Shown here: positions 1-9,974 of the stretch, in pieces
Position numbering within the stretch: position 1 is the first letter of the stretch
Layout of the letters: the number at the start of each line of letters is the position of its first letter
Assembly (NCBI GenBank): GCA_947626145.1
Contig: CANQRB010000002.1
Location: 68,339 to 132,338 of the forward strand
DNA: 64,000 bases
Reading direction: 5' to 3'
DNA from: an uncultured Clostridia bacterium
GTDB taxonomy: Bacteria > Bacillota > Clostridia > UMGS1883
Notes under the pieces: model-generated
Told to the model about the DNA's origin: nothing
The model's input: only the letters and a program-made list of their open reading frames with translations
The model's database searches: none
Program-made: the position numbers and the translations under genes

Positions 1-1
1 G

Positions 2-595
2 CCGAAGGAAAGGGAGATAATCACTCTGGGCGGCTACGGCAATATGGACTTCTATGACATGAAGGGCACCGTGGAGGAGCTGTTCGACGCCATGGGCATC
101 ACAAATGTGACCTTTGACACCGCCGCCCCCAACCCCATATATCATCCCGGCAAGAGCGCGGATATATATGTTAATAAGAAGAAAGTCGGTACGGTGGGGG
201 AGGTACACCCCGATGTCTGCGGCAATTATGACGTCGGCGAGACCTATCTGGCCGAGATTGATTTGGACTATGTGCTGAAGTGCGCCGGCAGGGACGTAGT
301 TTATAAGTCCCTGTCCCGATTCCCCGCCGTCACCCGTGACCTGGCCATGCTGGTGGACGACGGAGTTAAGGCCGCCGACATAGAAAACGTTATCCGCCGT
401 GCCGCCGGAAACCTGCTGGAGGAGCTTGAGCTTTTCGACATCTATAAGGGCAGCCAGATACCCGAGGGCAAAAAGAGCGTCGCTTACAGCGCCACCTTCC
501 GCGGCGACAAGACGCTCAAAGAAGAAGATGTTACTAAAATTTGGAACAAGGTGCTCAAGAGCCTTGAACACAATCTGGGCGCCGCTCTCAGGTAG
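2..595 (+). CDS. pheT: phenylalanine--tRNA ligase beta subunit, C-terminal fragment (gene begins upstream of the window)
   Basis: In-frame from the window edge. The C-terminal FDX-ACB-like motifs (RFPAVTRDLA, SVAYSATFRGDKTL) are typical of PheT. Confidence 0.85.
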   Translation, partial: PKEREIITLGGYGNMDFYDMKGTVEELFDAMGITNVTFDTAAPNPIYHPGKSADIYVNKKKVGTVGEVHPDVCGNYDVGETYLAEIDLDYVLKCAGRDVVYKSLSRFPAVTRDLAMLVDDGVKAADIENVIRRAAGNLLEELELFDIYKGSQIPEGKKSVAYSATFRGDKTLKEEDVTKIWNKVLKSLEHNLGAALR

Positions 596-674
596 AATGT
601 CAGAATATCCTGACGGAAGCCGTTGAATTTTGTAAAATTTTCACGAAAACTGCTTTTGTAAATATTTTGTGGTT

Positions 675-726
675 AAAAATGGGCAAAAAACGTTACGTTT
701 TCAGCCCATTTTTAATTTATACATAA
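675..726 (+). terminator. Rho-independent terminator after pheT
   Basis: Long near-perfect inverted repeat aaaaatgggc...gcccattttt with an inner aaaacg/cgtttt stem, followed by a T-run. Confidence 0.6.
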
Positions 727-764
727 AAAATTTAAAATTTTTATAAAAAATCTACAAAAAACAC

Positions 765-793
765 TTGAAGTTTTTAGAGTTTTTGTGTATAAT
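765..793 (+). promoter_or_regulatory. sigma-A type promoter of the sugar-uptake operon
   Basis: TTGAAG, 17-nt spacer, then tgTATAAT (TGn-extended -10), about 40 nt upstream of the first SBP gene. Confidence 0.5.
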
Positions 794-843
794 AGTAGTA
801 TGCAAGCAGTGTGCAAAATTACTAAAAAAGGATGTGGAAAAAA

Positions 844-2982
844 ATGCGCGTAAGGTTAAAAGCTTTGCTTGCCGTAACATCGGCGGTCGCTCTGACCGCG
901 GTGTCCCTTGCCGGGTGCAAACCTTCAAGTCAGGGTAAGACGGGCGCCGTAACGAACATCGTTATAGGTACCCACGCCCAGCAGGAGGACGACCCCAACT
1001 GGGTGGATGAGATCACCGGCGAGTCCACCATGAATCCGGATTATCTCCGGGCGGCGGAAAAAGCTCTTGCCGTAGTTGAGGAAAAGCTGAACGTAAAGAT
1101 ATCCTGGTCTCAGTACGCCAGCGATCTCCAGCAGCTTCTTCTTCAGACGGTTCTGGCGGGTGACCCGTATTGCGATCTGGCCGTGCTTTGGAACGGTGTT
1201 CAGGGCAATATCATGAACCAGAACATACTCCAGCCTTTGGATCCTTATGTTGACAACGTTTTCTTCGGTGAGGACGATGCCGACAAGTCATGGATACCCA
1301 TAGGCAAGACCTTCGGCAGCTATTACCTCATGAACCGCGACCTGCTGTTCGTGAATACCTGGCCGATATGCTACAACATTGACTACATAGAGGCGGTTCC
1401 CGCCCTTAAGGAAAACGGACGGACGGTATATCCCTCCGACCTGTATCTCCGGGGAGAATGGACCTGGAGCAGGTTTGAGGATTACCTCACCAAGATAAAG
1501 GCTTACTATAACGGCAAGAAGGGCCCGGTCAATTCTTCCAATGACATCGTTCCCTTCAACACCAACTACAGCTACGCGGTGCTCATGGCCATAGCTTCCA
1601 ACGGCCAGGCCGTTTACGACGGCGCCAACATGAGCTTCGACACGGCCGAGGCCAAGTCCGCCATAGAGTATATGGACAGGATGATCAACTCCGATCTTAT
1701 CTCCTGCTCCACGGTAAGCGATACGTCCATCGACTCCGGCTGGCTTACCGAGACCGACGCCTTCTGCAACGGCGAGACCGTTTTCACAAACGTTGCCCGC
1801 TGGCAGATGGATAACGCCGGCAGCGCCCTTGCCTCCAGAGGCGAGAGCATGGGCATCATTCCCTTCCCCCGGCCGGACAACGTACCCGCTCCCACCGATG
1901 AGGAAGTAATGAACAACGCCTCCCAGTACCGCATACTCAGCCCGGCGGCCGACAGCGTGGGCCTGATGAAGGGTCACGACGCCGAGCGCAGCGAGCTGGC
2001 GCTTGAGGCCTACGCCACCTATAAGAGCGAATACTACAAGGCTTACGGCGGCGTTGACAGCATAGACGAGTACATGAATCAGCAGGCCGGCCCCGAGGCC
2101 CTGTCCTTCGGTGTGGATATCCTCCATCCCGAGACCGGCGACGATATACTCAAGATATTTGAGCTTATGGGCCGCACAAAGGTTAACGACTACTCCGAGG
2201 CCATCGGCGTGTTCTGGACCTGGACTGACATAGCCGGAAGATCCATCTACGGCTTCGGCGGAACTCCCAAGTATGCCACGGCCGTTGAGGCGAATAAGAA
2301 TACCGTATACGAAAAGCTGGACAATATGTCCAAGGCTCTGAGAAAGGGCGAGGTTGTGGATGATATCGCTCCCTCCGCCAGCACTAAAGAAAGCAACTCC
2401 CTCATTTTTGAGCGTGATACAAAGCCCGCCGACATCAACTGGGCGGATCGGATCAAGGCCAACGACAACGTTGACGGCGATTACGACATCCAGATGGACG
2501 GCACCAAGATTCAGCTCAGAAAGCACGTGGACGAGGACGCCGTTGACGAGGACGGCGAACCCATCCCGCAGGAGGAGTGGCTCGACGGTAAGATGACCGT
2601 GAATTATTCCGGTGTTGACTTCAACACCCCCGGTCAGTACCCCGACGGCATAGTTATCACAACTACCGACTATGCCGGCAATAAGAACGAGCAGAAGTTC
2701 GAGGCCTTTGTTTATGACGATCAGAGCACTGAGCCTCCCACTCTGAAACTCAAGGAAGAGCTTCCCAAGATCGGCGTCGGCACCGACACCTCCAGCTATA
2801 ACTGGGGCAATAACTGTGTCGAGACGGCTACCGATGTAAACGGCATCGACCTTAAGTCGAGAGTTTCCGCCGTGGTCACCGACCTGGATGTGACCGTTCC
2901 CGGAACCTACCCCGTTGAGATCTATGTGGAAGACTTCGCTCATAACATTACAAGAGTGGCAACAGAACTTACGGTAGAATAA
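844..2982 (+). CDS. ABC transporter sugar-binding lipoprotein (SBP family 1) with a ~200-aa C-terminal Ig-like beta-sandwich extension
   Basis: Lipobox LAGC after the signal peptide. SBP_bac_1-like core. The C-terminal tail (NYSGVDFNTPGQYPDGIVITTTDYAGNKNE) resembles Big/DUF5011-type Ig-like domains. Start chosen at the second ATG (844), which has an AGGA RBS; the ORF track begins at 832. Confidence 0.8.
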   Translation: MRVRLKALLAVTSAVALTAVSLAGCKPSSQGKTGAVTNIVIGTHAQQEDDPNWVDEITGESTMNPDYLRAAEKALAVVEEKLNVKISWSQYASDLQQLLLQTVLAGDPYCDLAVLWNGVQGNIMNQNILQPLDPYVDNVFFGEDDADKSWIPIGKTFGSYYLMNRDLLFVNTWPICYNIDYIEAVPALKENGRTVYPSDLYLRGEWTWSRFEDYLTKIKAYYNGKKGPVNSSNDIVPFNTNYSYAVLMAIASNGQAVYDGANMSFDTAEAKSAIEYMDRMINSDLISCSTVSDTSIDSGWLTETDAFCNGETVFTNVARWQMDNAGSALASRGESMGIIPFPRPDNVPAPTDEEVMNNASQYRILSPAADSVGLMKGHDAERSELALEAYATYKSEYYKAYGGVDSIDEYMNQQAGPEALSFGVDILHPETGDDILKIFELMGRTKVNDYSEAIGVFWTWTDIAGRSIYGFGGTPKYATAVEANKNTVYEKLDNMSKALRKGEVVDDIAPSASTKESNSLIFERDTKPADINWADRIKANDNVDGDYDIQMDGTKIQLRKHVDEDAVDEDGEPIPQEEWLDGKMTVNYSGVDFNTPGQYPDGIVITTTDYAGNKNEQKFEAFVYDDQSTEPPTLKLKEELPKIGVGTDTSSYNWGNNCVETATDVNGIDLKSRVSAVVTDLDVTVPGTYPVEIYVEDFAHNITRVATELTVE

Positions 2983-3002
2983 TGAACGGAGGGATTTGAA
3001 AC

Positions 3003-5987
3003 ATGGAGGCAAAAACCAAAAAACGTCTCATAATATGGGGCGTTATCATCGCGGTAATCGCGCTTCTGGTGCTGCTTGCGTTCGTGCTCCCCGGTTCAAA
3101 GGACACTGTGGCCAATTTCGGCGTGTCCGGACGGTTTGTGGATGAATCCTATCAGGCTTATCTTGACGATAACCGCTATGATGAATCCAAGGCCGGCCCC
3201 ACGGCTCCCGTTGAAGTTGACATAGCGAACTTTGTTGCCGATCCGGAGACCGGCGCCGTGGCGGACAGCCAGGGTGTCAAGATTGGCGAACGCGGTGACA
3301 TCACCTGGAACTTCGATGTTGCTCAGGCAGGTTTCTACAACATCAAGTTCAAGTATTTCTCCGTGGAGGGCACAAACGCCACTCCTCAGAGAAGCGTACA
3401 GATCGACGGCGAAACACTGTTCGACGGTATGAAGCAGATTTCCTTCCAGAGGGAGTGGCTCAACAACGACGGTGAGATCGCCAACAGAAACGGAAACGAG
3501 ATCAGGCCCAACGCCACCGAGATCTATGACCCCGATGGATATGAGTTCTTCTATTCCGATGAGAATTACCGCTCTCTTGAGCCCTACAAGTTCTACTTCA
3601 GCGCCGGCCCGCACACACTGACGCTGGTTGAGGCCAAGGAGCCTGTCAAGATCGCCGGCATCACTCTTTGCCAGGCGGAAGAACCCCCTACATATGAGGA
3701 ATATCTGGCCCAGAACCCCGGCAGCAGCTACGCCGGTGAAAATCTGACCGGCCAGGCCGAGCGTACCGACGACGTGGTGACCAAGATCATCAAGTCATCG
3801 CCCTCTATCGGTATGTCCTCCGACTACTCCAGCTCCAACACGGTGCCTTATCATCACTGGAACGTTCTGCTGAACACTCTGGGCGGCACCAGCTGGCAGA
3901 CACCCGGCGACAGTGTTGAGTGGGTTGTCAACGTTCCCGAGGCAGGCTATTATCAGCTTTCCTTCCGCGGACGTCAGTCTACCAACCGCGGCGTTAAGAG
4001 CTACCGCCGCCTGACCATCAACGGTGAGGTTCCCTTCGAGGAGGCCAAGAAGGTCGGCTTCGACTTCTCCGGTTCCTTCCAGAACTACGTTGTGGCCAAC
4101 AACGGCGAACCCGCCCTCTTCTATCTGAACGCGGGCGAGAACAGAATAGGTCTTGACGTATGCCTGGGCGACTTCGCCAACGCTTACACAAAGATCAGCC
4201 AGACGGTACAGGATCTGAACAACTTCTATCTTAGAATAGTTAAGATCACCGGTACCGTTCCCGATACCCACATCGACTACGAGATCGAGGACAAGATCGA
4301 CGGCTTCAAGGCCACCATGCGTCAGCAGGCCAAGAACCTGAACGCCATCGTTGACGAGATGGTTGAGATAACCGGCGAAAAGGGCTCCAACACCACCAAC
4401 CTGGAGAAGGTTGCCCAGCAGGCCGAGCGCTTTGCCGAGGATCCCGAGCGCGTTGTTAAGGAGATCGGCGACTTCAAGAGCAATATTTCCGCTCTGTCAA
4501 CATGGATGCTGACAATTTCGGAAATGCCCTTTGAGGTTGACAGCCTGACTCTCAGCGCTCCCAACGCCAAGCTTAAGCCCGCCGAGCCCAACGGCCTTAA
4601 GGCCGCTTACCACGAGGCCATCCGCTTCTTCGCCACCTTCTTTGTTGACGAGACTCAGATGGACGACAGTGCCAAAGACAAGGGCGCTCTCAAGGTTTGG
4701 ACCCAAACCGGCCGTGACCAGTCCAACATCATCAAGAACCTTATCGACAGCGATTTCGCTCCCAACAACGGCATCGCGGTCAACCTTCAGCTTATTCCCG
4801 CGTCCGTAATCCTTCCCGCTACTCTGGCGGGCAACGGTCCCGACGTGGCGCTGAACATGGGTCAGGCCGACATCATGAACTTCTCTTACAGAGGAGCCCT
4901 TCATGACCTGACACAGTTCCCCGACTTCCAGGAGCAGGCCGACCGCTTCTATCCCAGCGCTCTCCAGACCGTTACATATCACGGCGGAGTTTACGGCCTT
5001 CCCGAAACCGAGAACTTCAGCATGATGTTCTACCGCGAGGATATCCTCAACGAGCTGGGCCTCACCGTTCCCAAGACCTGGGACGAGGTAGGCGAGATGA
5101 TCTCCGAGCTGCACATCAACAACTATGACTTCTATATGCCCTCCAGCCTGATGATAAACACCATGGTTTATCAGAACGGCGGCGACCTCTACCACGGCGC
5201 CGAGGGTGAGACCTATTACGACAGAGACGGCGATCCCGTCAAGGATGCCAACGGCGCTCAGGCTGCCGGCGTATCCACCGACTACGGTATCGAGTCCGGT
5301 CTGAGAGATGAAGAGGCCATGATCGCCTTCAAGCGTCTGTGCGAGTTCTTTACCGCTTATGACCTGCCCGTATCCGCCGATTTCTCCAACCGTTTCAGAA
5401 CCGGTGAGATTCCCATCGGCGTAGCCGACTACACCACATTCAACACTTTGGAAATCTTCGCTCCCGAAATCAAGGGCCTGTGGAACTTTGCTCCCCTGCC
5501 CGGCTTCCAGAAGGCGGACGGCAGCATCGACAACACCGCCGTTGCTTCCTCCGTACACACAACCATCCTCGAGAGCAGCGACCGTCAGGATGACGGCTGG
5601 ACTTTCATGAAGTGGTGGCTGTCCGACGACATTCAGGCCAGCTTTGCGACCACCGTTGAGGCCATCATGGGCAGCGGCGCCCGTTACGCCACCGCCAACC
5701 CCAACGTGCTGAAGAGACTTCCCTGGTCCGCGGCTCAGGCCGACACCCTGCTTTCGCAGTTTGAAAAGACTGTAGGTATCCCCGACGTTCCCGGATATTA
5801 CATGACGACCCGTATGGTTGACATGGCTTATAAGAACGTTGTTACCGACGGTCAGAATCCCCGTGAGGCTCTCTACCTTAACGTTAAGGATATCAATGAC
5901 GAGCTTACCAAGAAGAGAAAGGAATTTGACCTTTCCTACATCGAGGACGGAACATATCATGAGGAAGGGAGTGAGGTAAATGAGTAA
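3003..5987 (+). CDS. 994-aa membrane-anchored extracellular solute-binding protein with N-terminal tandem CBM-like beta-sandwich repeats
   Basis: GGAGGG RBS and an N-terminal TM anchor. Two homologous ~120-aa repeats (GDITWNFDVAQAGFYNIKFKYF / GDSVEWVVNVPEAGYYQLSFRG) precede a C-terminal SBP family-1 domain (DGWTFMKWWLSDDIQASF). Confidence 0.8.
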   Translation: MEAKTKKRLIIWGVIIAVIALLVLLAFVLPGSKDTVANFGVSGRFVDESYQAYLDDNRYDESKAGPTAPVEVDIANFVADPETGAVADSQGVKIGERGDITWNFDVAQAGFYNIKFKYFSVEGTNATPQRSVQIDGETLFDGMKQISFQREWLNNDGEIANRNGNEIRPNATEIYDPDGYEFFYSDENYRSLEPYKFYFSAGPHTLTLVEAKEPVKIAGITLCQAEEPPTYEEYLAQNPGSSYAGENLTGQAERTDDVVTKIIKSSPSIGMSSDYSSSNTVPYHHWNVLLNTLGGTSWQTPGDSVEWVVNVPEAGYYQLSFRGRQSTNRGVKSYRRLTINGEVPFEEAKKVGFDFSGSFQNYVVANNGEPALFYLNAGENRIGLDVCLGDFANAYTKISQTVQDLNNFYLRIVKITGTVPDTHIDYEIEDKIDGFKATMRQQAKNLNAIVDEMVEITGEKGSNTTNLEKVAQQAERFAEDPERVVKEIGDFKSNISALSTWMLTISEMPFEVDSLTLSAPNAKLKPAEPNGLKAAYHEAIRFFATFFVDETQMDDSAKDKGALKVWTQTGRDQSNIIKNLIDSDFAPNNGIAVNLQLIPASVILPATLAGNGPDVALNMGQADIMNFSYRGALHDLTQFPDFQEQADRFYPSALQTVTYHGGVYGLPETENFSMMFYREDILNELGLTVPKTWDEVGEMISELHINNYDFYMPSSLMINTMVYQNGGDLYHGAEGETYYDRDGDPVKDANGAQAAGVSTDYGIESGLRDEEAMIAFKRLCEFFTAYDLPVSADFSNRFRTGEIPIGVADYTTFNTLEIFAPEIKGLWNFAPLPGFQKADGSIDNTAVASSVHTTILESSDRQDDGWTFMKWWLSDDIQASFATTVEAIMGSGARYATANPNVLKRLPWSAAQADTLLSQFEKTVGIPDVPGYYMTTRMVDMAYKNVVTDGQNPREALYLNVKDINDELTKKRKEFDLSYIEDGTYHEEGSEVNE

Positions 5988-6924
5988 AGAACAAACAGCG
6001 GCTGCAAAGCCAAAAAAGAAAAAGCTTGAGGCAATGAAGTGGTCAAACGCCTGGAAGCTTCACAAGGAAAAATACCTTATGATACTCCCCTTCGCGCTCA
6101 TCTTCATATGCTTCACCGCCATCCCCGTACTGGTTTCCATAGTTTTGAGCTTTACTAACTTCAATATGCTTCAGACCCCCGATTTTATAGGGCTCGGTAA
6201 CTATATCAACCTTATCGTATTCGATGACATTTTCCTGATAGCCATGAAGAACACCATGCTCTTCGCTCTGGTTACAGGTCCTATCAGCTACCTGATGTGC
6301 TTCGTGTTTGCCTGGCTCATCAACGAGCTGCCCCCCATACCCCGCGCGCTGCTGACCCTGGTGTTCTACGCACCCTCCATTTCCGGTAACGCCTTCGTTA
6401 TCTGGAAGCTGCTGTTCAGCTCCGATATGTACGGCTACATCAACGCCTGGCTGCTGAACATAGGGATCATCGACAGTCCCATACTGTGGTTCGAGACGGC
6501 GGAATACATTATGCCCATTCTGATTATAGTTCAGCTGTGGCTGAGCCTGGGCGTATCCTTCCTGTCCTTCATCGCCGGACTTCAGTCCGTTGATAAGACC
6601 ATGTATGAGGCCGGCGCCATCGACGGTATCAAGAACCGCTGGCAGGAGCTGTGGTACATAACCCTGCCCGCCATGAAGCCCCAGCTGATGTTCGGCGCGG
6701 TAATGCAGATCACATCCTCGCTTTCCGTCGCCAGTATATCCACCGAGCTGGCCGGTTTCCCGTCAGTAGACTATGCGGGTCATACGATTCTGACCCACTT
6801 GAACGACTACGGCAGCACCCGTTACGAAATGGGCTACGCGTCTGCCATAGCCACGGTAATGTTCTTTATAATGATTTTCGCTAACATCATCGTACAGAAG
6901 CTTTTGAGAAGGGTGGGTGAATAA
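5980..6924 (+). CDS. carbohydrate ABC transporter permease (MalF/LplB-type)
   Basis: Six-TM binding-protein-dependent inner-membrane component. Overlaps the upstream gene by 8 nt (translational coupling). Confidence 0.9.
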   Translation: MSKEQTAAAKPKKKKLEAMKWSNAWKLHKEKYLMILPFALIFICFTAIPVLVSIVLSFTNFNMLQTPDFIGLGNYINLIVFDDIFLIAMKNTMLFALVTGPISYLMCFVFAWLINELPPIPRALLTLVFYAPSISGNAFVIWKLLFSSDMYGYINAWLLNIGIIDSPILWFETAEYIMPILIIVQLWLSLGVSFLSFIAGLQSVDKTMYEAGAIDGIKNRWQELWYITLPAMKPQLMFGAVMQITSSLSVASISTELAGFPSVDYAGHTILTHLNDYGSTRYEMGYASAIATVMFFIMIFANIIVQKLLRRVGE

Positions 6925-6927
6925 AGC

Positions 6928-7818
6928 ATGATCAATCCTATAAAGAAATTTAAACAGTATCTTGATCATCGCAGGATAACCCGCCGGAACCGTTCGCTGG
7001 GCGTGGATATCGCGCTGACGGTCTTCCTGGGAGCCTTCGGTCTGTTCTCAGTCCTGCCTCTCTGGCTGATCATCATCAACGCCTTCAAGCCTTTGAACGA
7101 GGTATTCCTGTTCCCGCCCCGGTTCTACGTTTCCAACCCCACTCTCGACAACTTCCGCGACCTGTTCCAGATCGTGGGTAACAGCTGGGTTCCCTTCAGC
7201 CGTTACATCTTCAACACCTTCTTCATCACCTTCCTGGGCACGGCCGGCACGGTTATATTCGGCTCCATGGCCGCCTATCCTCTGGCCAAGTACAAATTCC
7301 CGGGCAGCGGCGCCATGAGCAGCATCATAACCTACTCCCTGATGTTCAACGGCACCGTAACGGCTATCCCCAACTATATCATCATGAGCAAGATTCACCT
7401 CGTTGATACATATTGGGCGGTCGTTATTCCGGCCATCGGCTCTACCCTGTGCCTGTACCTGATGAAGAACAACATGGTACACATACCCACATCTCTGCTC
7501 GAGTCCGCCAAGATCGACGGCTCCAGCGAGTTCGGAATTTACTGGAAGGTTGTAATGCCGCTGGCAAAACCCGCATGGATAACGGCTATCATACTTTCGT
7601 TCCAGTCCCTGTGGGGCGCCACCGGCGGCAACTTCATCTACACCGAGAAGCTGAAGCCCATAACCTACGCGCTCAGTCAGATCATCAGCGCAGGTATCGT
7701 GCGTACCGGTGTATCCTCGGCGGTTAACCTGATTATGCTGGCAGTGCCTATCGCGGTATTCGTATTCTCTCAGAGTAACGTTATCGAAACGATGGCCAGC
7801 TCCGGCATGAAAGATTAA
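6928..7818 (+). CDS. carbohydrate ABC transporter permease (MalG/LplC-type)
   Basis: Six-TM permease with an EAA-like loop; starts 4 nt after the previous stop. Confidence 0.9.
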   Translation: MINPIKKFKQYLDHRRITRRNRSLGVDIALTVFLGAFGLFSVLPLWLIIINAFKPLNEVFLFPPRFYVSNPTLDNFRDLFQIVGNSWVPFSRYIFNTFFITFLGTAGTVIFGSMAAYPLAKYKFPGSGAMSSIITYSLMFNGTVTAIPNYIIMSKIHLVDTYWAVVIPAIGSTLCLYLMKNNMVHIPTSLLESAKIDGSSEFGIYWKVVMPLAKPAWITAIILSFQSLWGATGGNFIYTEKLKPITYALSQIISAGIVRTGVSSAVNLIMLAVPIAVFVFSQSNVIETMASSGMKD

Positions 7819-7832
7819 GGGGGTGCAAAGTG

Positions 7833-9329
7833 ATGACAAAAAGAATAATCAGCCTTGTTACGCTCGTTCTCTTATGCTTCACATTTGCAACCGCTTATGC
7901 CGAGCATACTGACGACAGCAGTTACATTTACGATTATTGGGGCAGCGCAAATCAGAGCCTGAACGCCTTTGAGCTTTCCACCGTTATCAACAGTGACAGC
8001 GTTGAAGGCGCGTCCATCAAGAGCGTTGACGACGTTTACGTTCACAATGACAGGATCTACATCGCGGACTCCCTTTCCAACGCGGTTCACGTTCTTGACC
8101 GGGACTACAACCTGGTGAAGGAGATCAAGATAATCCGCGACGAAGAGGGCAAAATCGTTGTTGATGACAGCAATAACAAGCAGGCCATCCTCAACGCTCC
8201 CGAGGGAGTTTTCGCCAATGACCGCAGCCTCTACATTGCCGACACCGGCAACAACCGCATATTCGTTCTGGATATAAACGCCAAGGACGAGGCGGGTGAA
8301 AACACCTATCCCATGACTATGGTTATCAATAAGCCTGAAAACATGGTAGGTTCCACCGAGTTTATTCCCTCCAAGATAGCTGTTGACAACGCCGACAGAC
8401 CCTTTGTAGTCGTAAAGAACAGCACCGAGGGTATCATCGAGCTCAACACCGACGGCAGCTTCTCCCGCTACTTCGGCGTTAACTCTCCTCAGGTAAGCCT
8501 GATCGACTTCTTCTGGAAGTCCATAGCTTCCGACGAGCAGAAGGAAAAGATGAGCAAGATCTACGCTCCCGCCTTCACAAACGTTGAGACCGACTCCGAC
8601 GGCTTCGTATATGCGGTTACCACCGATACCGCTTCTGAGGAAATGGCCTTCCGTTTCAACGCCAAGGGCTCTAACGTGCTCCGCAAGTTCGGCTACAGTG
8701 AGATCTTGGGCGACCTGCCCAGCGCCTCCTCCACCGACGAGAGCGCGACAAAGAGCACATTCGTGGATGTGGCGGTTTCCGACTACGGCGTTTATGCCCT
8801 ACTGGACACCTCCAAGAACAGAGTGTTCCTTTACAACTTTGACGGCAACCTGCTCACCGTTTTCGGCGGCAAGGGCGACACAAAGGGTAAATTCAACACT
8901 CCCTCCTCCATCTGCTGGATGGGCCAATCCCTGATCGTGGGCGACAGCAAACTGGCAAGCGCCTTCGTGTTCACGCCTACCGATTTCGGTTCCCTTGTGC
9001 TTGAGTCTGAGGAAATGTACTTCAATGGCGATTTCGACGGCGCGGCCGTCAAGAACAAGCAGATCGTTGCGATGAACGCCAACTACGATCACGCCTATGT
9101 TTCCATCGGCAAGAACGAGCTCATGCGCGACAACTACAAGGCCGCCATGGATAACTTCAGGCTGGGCAACGACAAGACCTATTACTCCACGGCCTTCGGC
9201 GGCTATCGGAATCTGCTCATTCAGAAGTATTTCCCGATTTTCGCCATCGTGTTCCTTGCCTTCGTTGTATGGGTACTCTGGACAGAGATAGCCTACAACC
9301 GGAAGCAGAAGAAGTTAGAAGAGCTATAA
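7833..9329 (+). CDS. secreted NHL-repeat beta-propeller protein with a C-terminal TM anchor
   Basis: Signal peptide. Repeated NHL-like blades (DRIYIADSLSNAVHVLD, SLYIADTGNNRIFVLD, SLIVGDSKLASAFVF). C-terminal hydrophobic helix (FPIFAIVFLAFVVWVLW) followed by a basic tail. Confidence 0.7.
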   Translation: MTKRIISLVTLVLLCFTFATAYAEHTDDSSYIYDYWGSANQSLNAFELSTVINSDSVEGASIKSVDDVYVHNDRIYIADSLSNAVHVLDRDYNLVKEIKIIRDEEGKIVVDDSNNKQAILNAPEGVFANDRSLYIADTGNNRIFVLDINAKDEAGENTYPMTMVINKPENMVGSTEFIPSKIAVDNADRPFVVVKNSTEGIIELNTDGSFSRYFGVNSPQVSLIDFFWKSIASDEQKEKMSKIYAPAFTNVETDSDGFVYAVTTDTASEEMAFRFNAKGSNVLRKFGYSEILGDLPSASSTDESATKSTFVDVAVSDYGVYALLDTSKNRVFLYNFDGNLLTVFGGKGDTKGKFNTPSSICWMGQSLIVGDSKLASAFVFTPTDFGSLVLESEEMYFNGDFDGAAVKNKQIVAMNANYDHAYVSIGKNELMRDNYKAAMDNFRLGNDKTYYSTAFGGYRNLLIQKYFPIFAIVFLAFVVWVLWTEIAYNRKQKKLEEL

Positions 9330-9333
9330 TGAG

Positions 9334-9969
9334 GTGAAAATGATGAAAAAGTTATTAGAAGATTTCAAATATCTGACGTACGTCATTTTCCATCCATTTG
9401 ATGGCTTCTATGAGGTACGCTTCAGAGGCAAGGGCAATTTGGCCCTGGGCGCCATAATACTTATACTTTACGGTCTGCTGGCCATAATCAAGTATCAGTA
9501 TACGGGCTTTATAATGAACAACAATCCACTGTTCGCCATGAACAGCGTGACGACATTCATCTTCGGCATATTCCCGTTCCTGCTCTTCTGCATAAGCAAC
9601 TGGAGCGTGACGGCAATATTTGAGGGAAGCGGTAAGTTCAGCGACATCTTTATCGTGCTCACCTACGCCCTCTTCCCCAAGCTGGTGCTGGATGCTGTGA
9701 TCGTTATCCTCAGCAACGTTGTTACCGCCGAGGAGGCCACGATCCTCACCGCCATCAGCGCCGCGGGCAGCGTATTCTTCGCCTTTCTGGTATTCGCGGG
9801 TCTGTGCGTGGCTCATGAGTATACCGCCGGCACCAACGTTGCCATGTTAGTGGCCACCTTCGTTGCGGCGATAATTATCATCTTCCTGGCCATTCTGTAC
9901 ATTACCCTTATTCAGAAGGCGGTATCCTTCGGCTACACCTTCGCGGCTGAATTTATGAAGAGGTGGTGA
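9334..9969 (+). CDS. YIP1 family membrane protein
   Basis: ~210-aa polytopic membrane protein with a Yip1-like arrangement. GAGGTG RBS; overlaps the next gene. Confidence 0.75.
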   Translation: MKMMKKLLEDFKYLTYVIFHPFDGFYEVRFRGKGNLALGAIILILYGLLAIIKYQYTGFIMNNNPLFAMNSVTTFIFGIFPFLLFCISNWSVTAIFEGSGKFSDIFIVLTYALFPKLVLDAVIVILSNVVTAEEATILTAISAAGSVFFAFLVFAGLCVAHEYTAGTNVAMLVATFVAAIIIIFLAILYITLIQKAVSFGYTFAAEFMKRW

Positions 9970-9974
9970 TTGAT

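Noticed and set aside
1288-3012. 574-aa minus-strand ORF (plus nested minus- and plus-frame ORFs at 1614-1934, 2247-2468, 2354-2596)
   Set aside because: Antisense or off-frame to the SBP gene. No domain similarity and GC-driven open frames.
4497-5960. 487-aa minus-strand ORF (and 3096-3614, 3795-4271)
   Set aside because: Antisense to the 994-aa SBP gene; no recognisable motifs.
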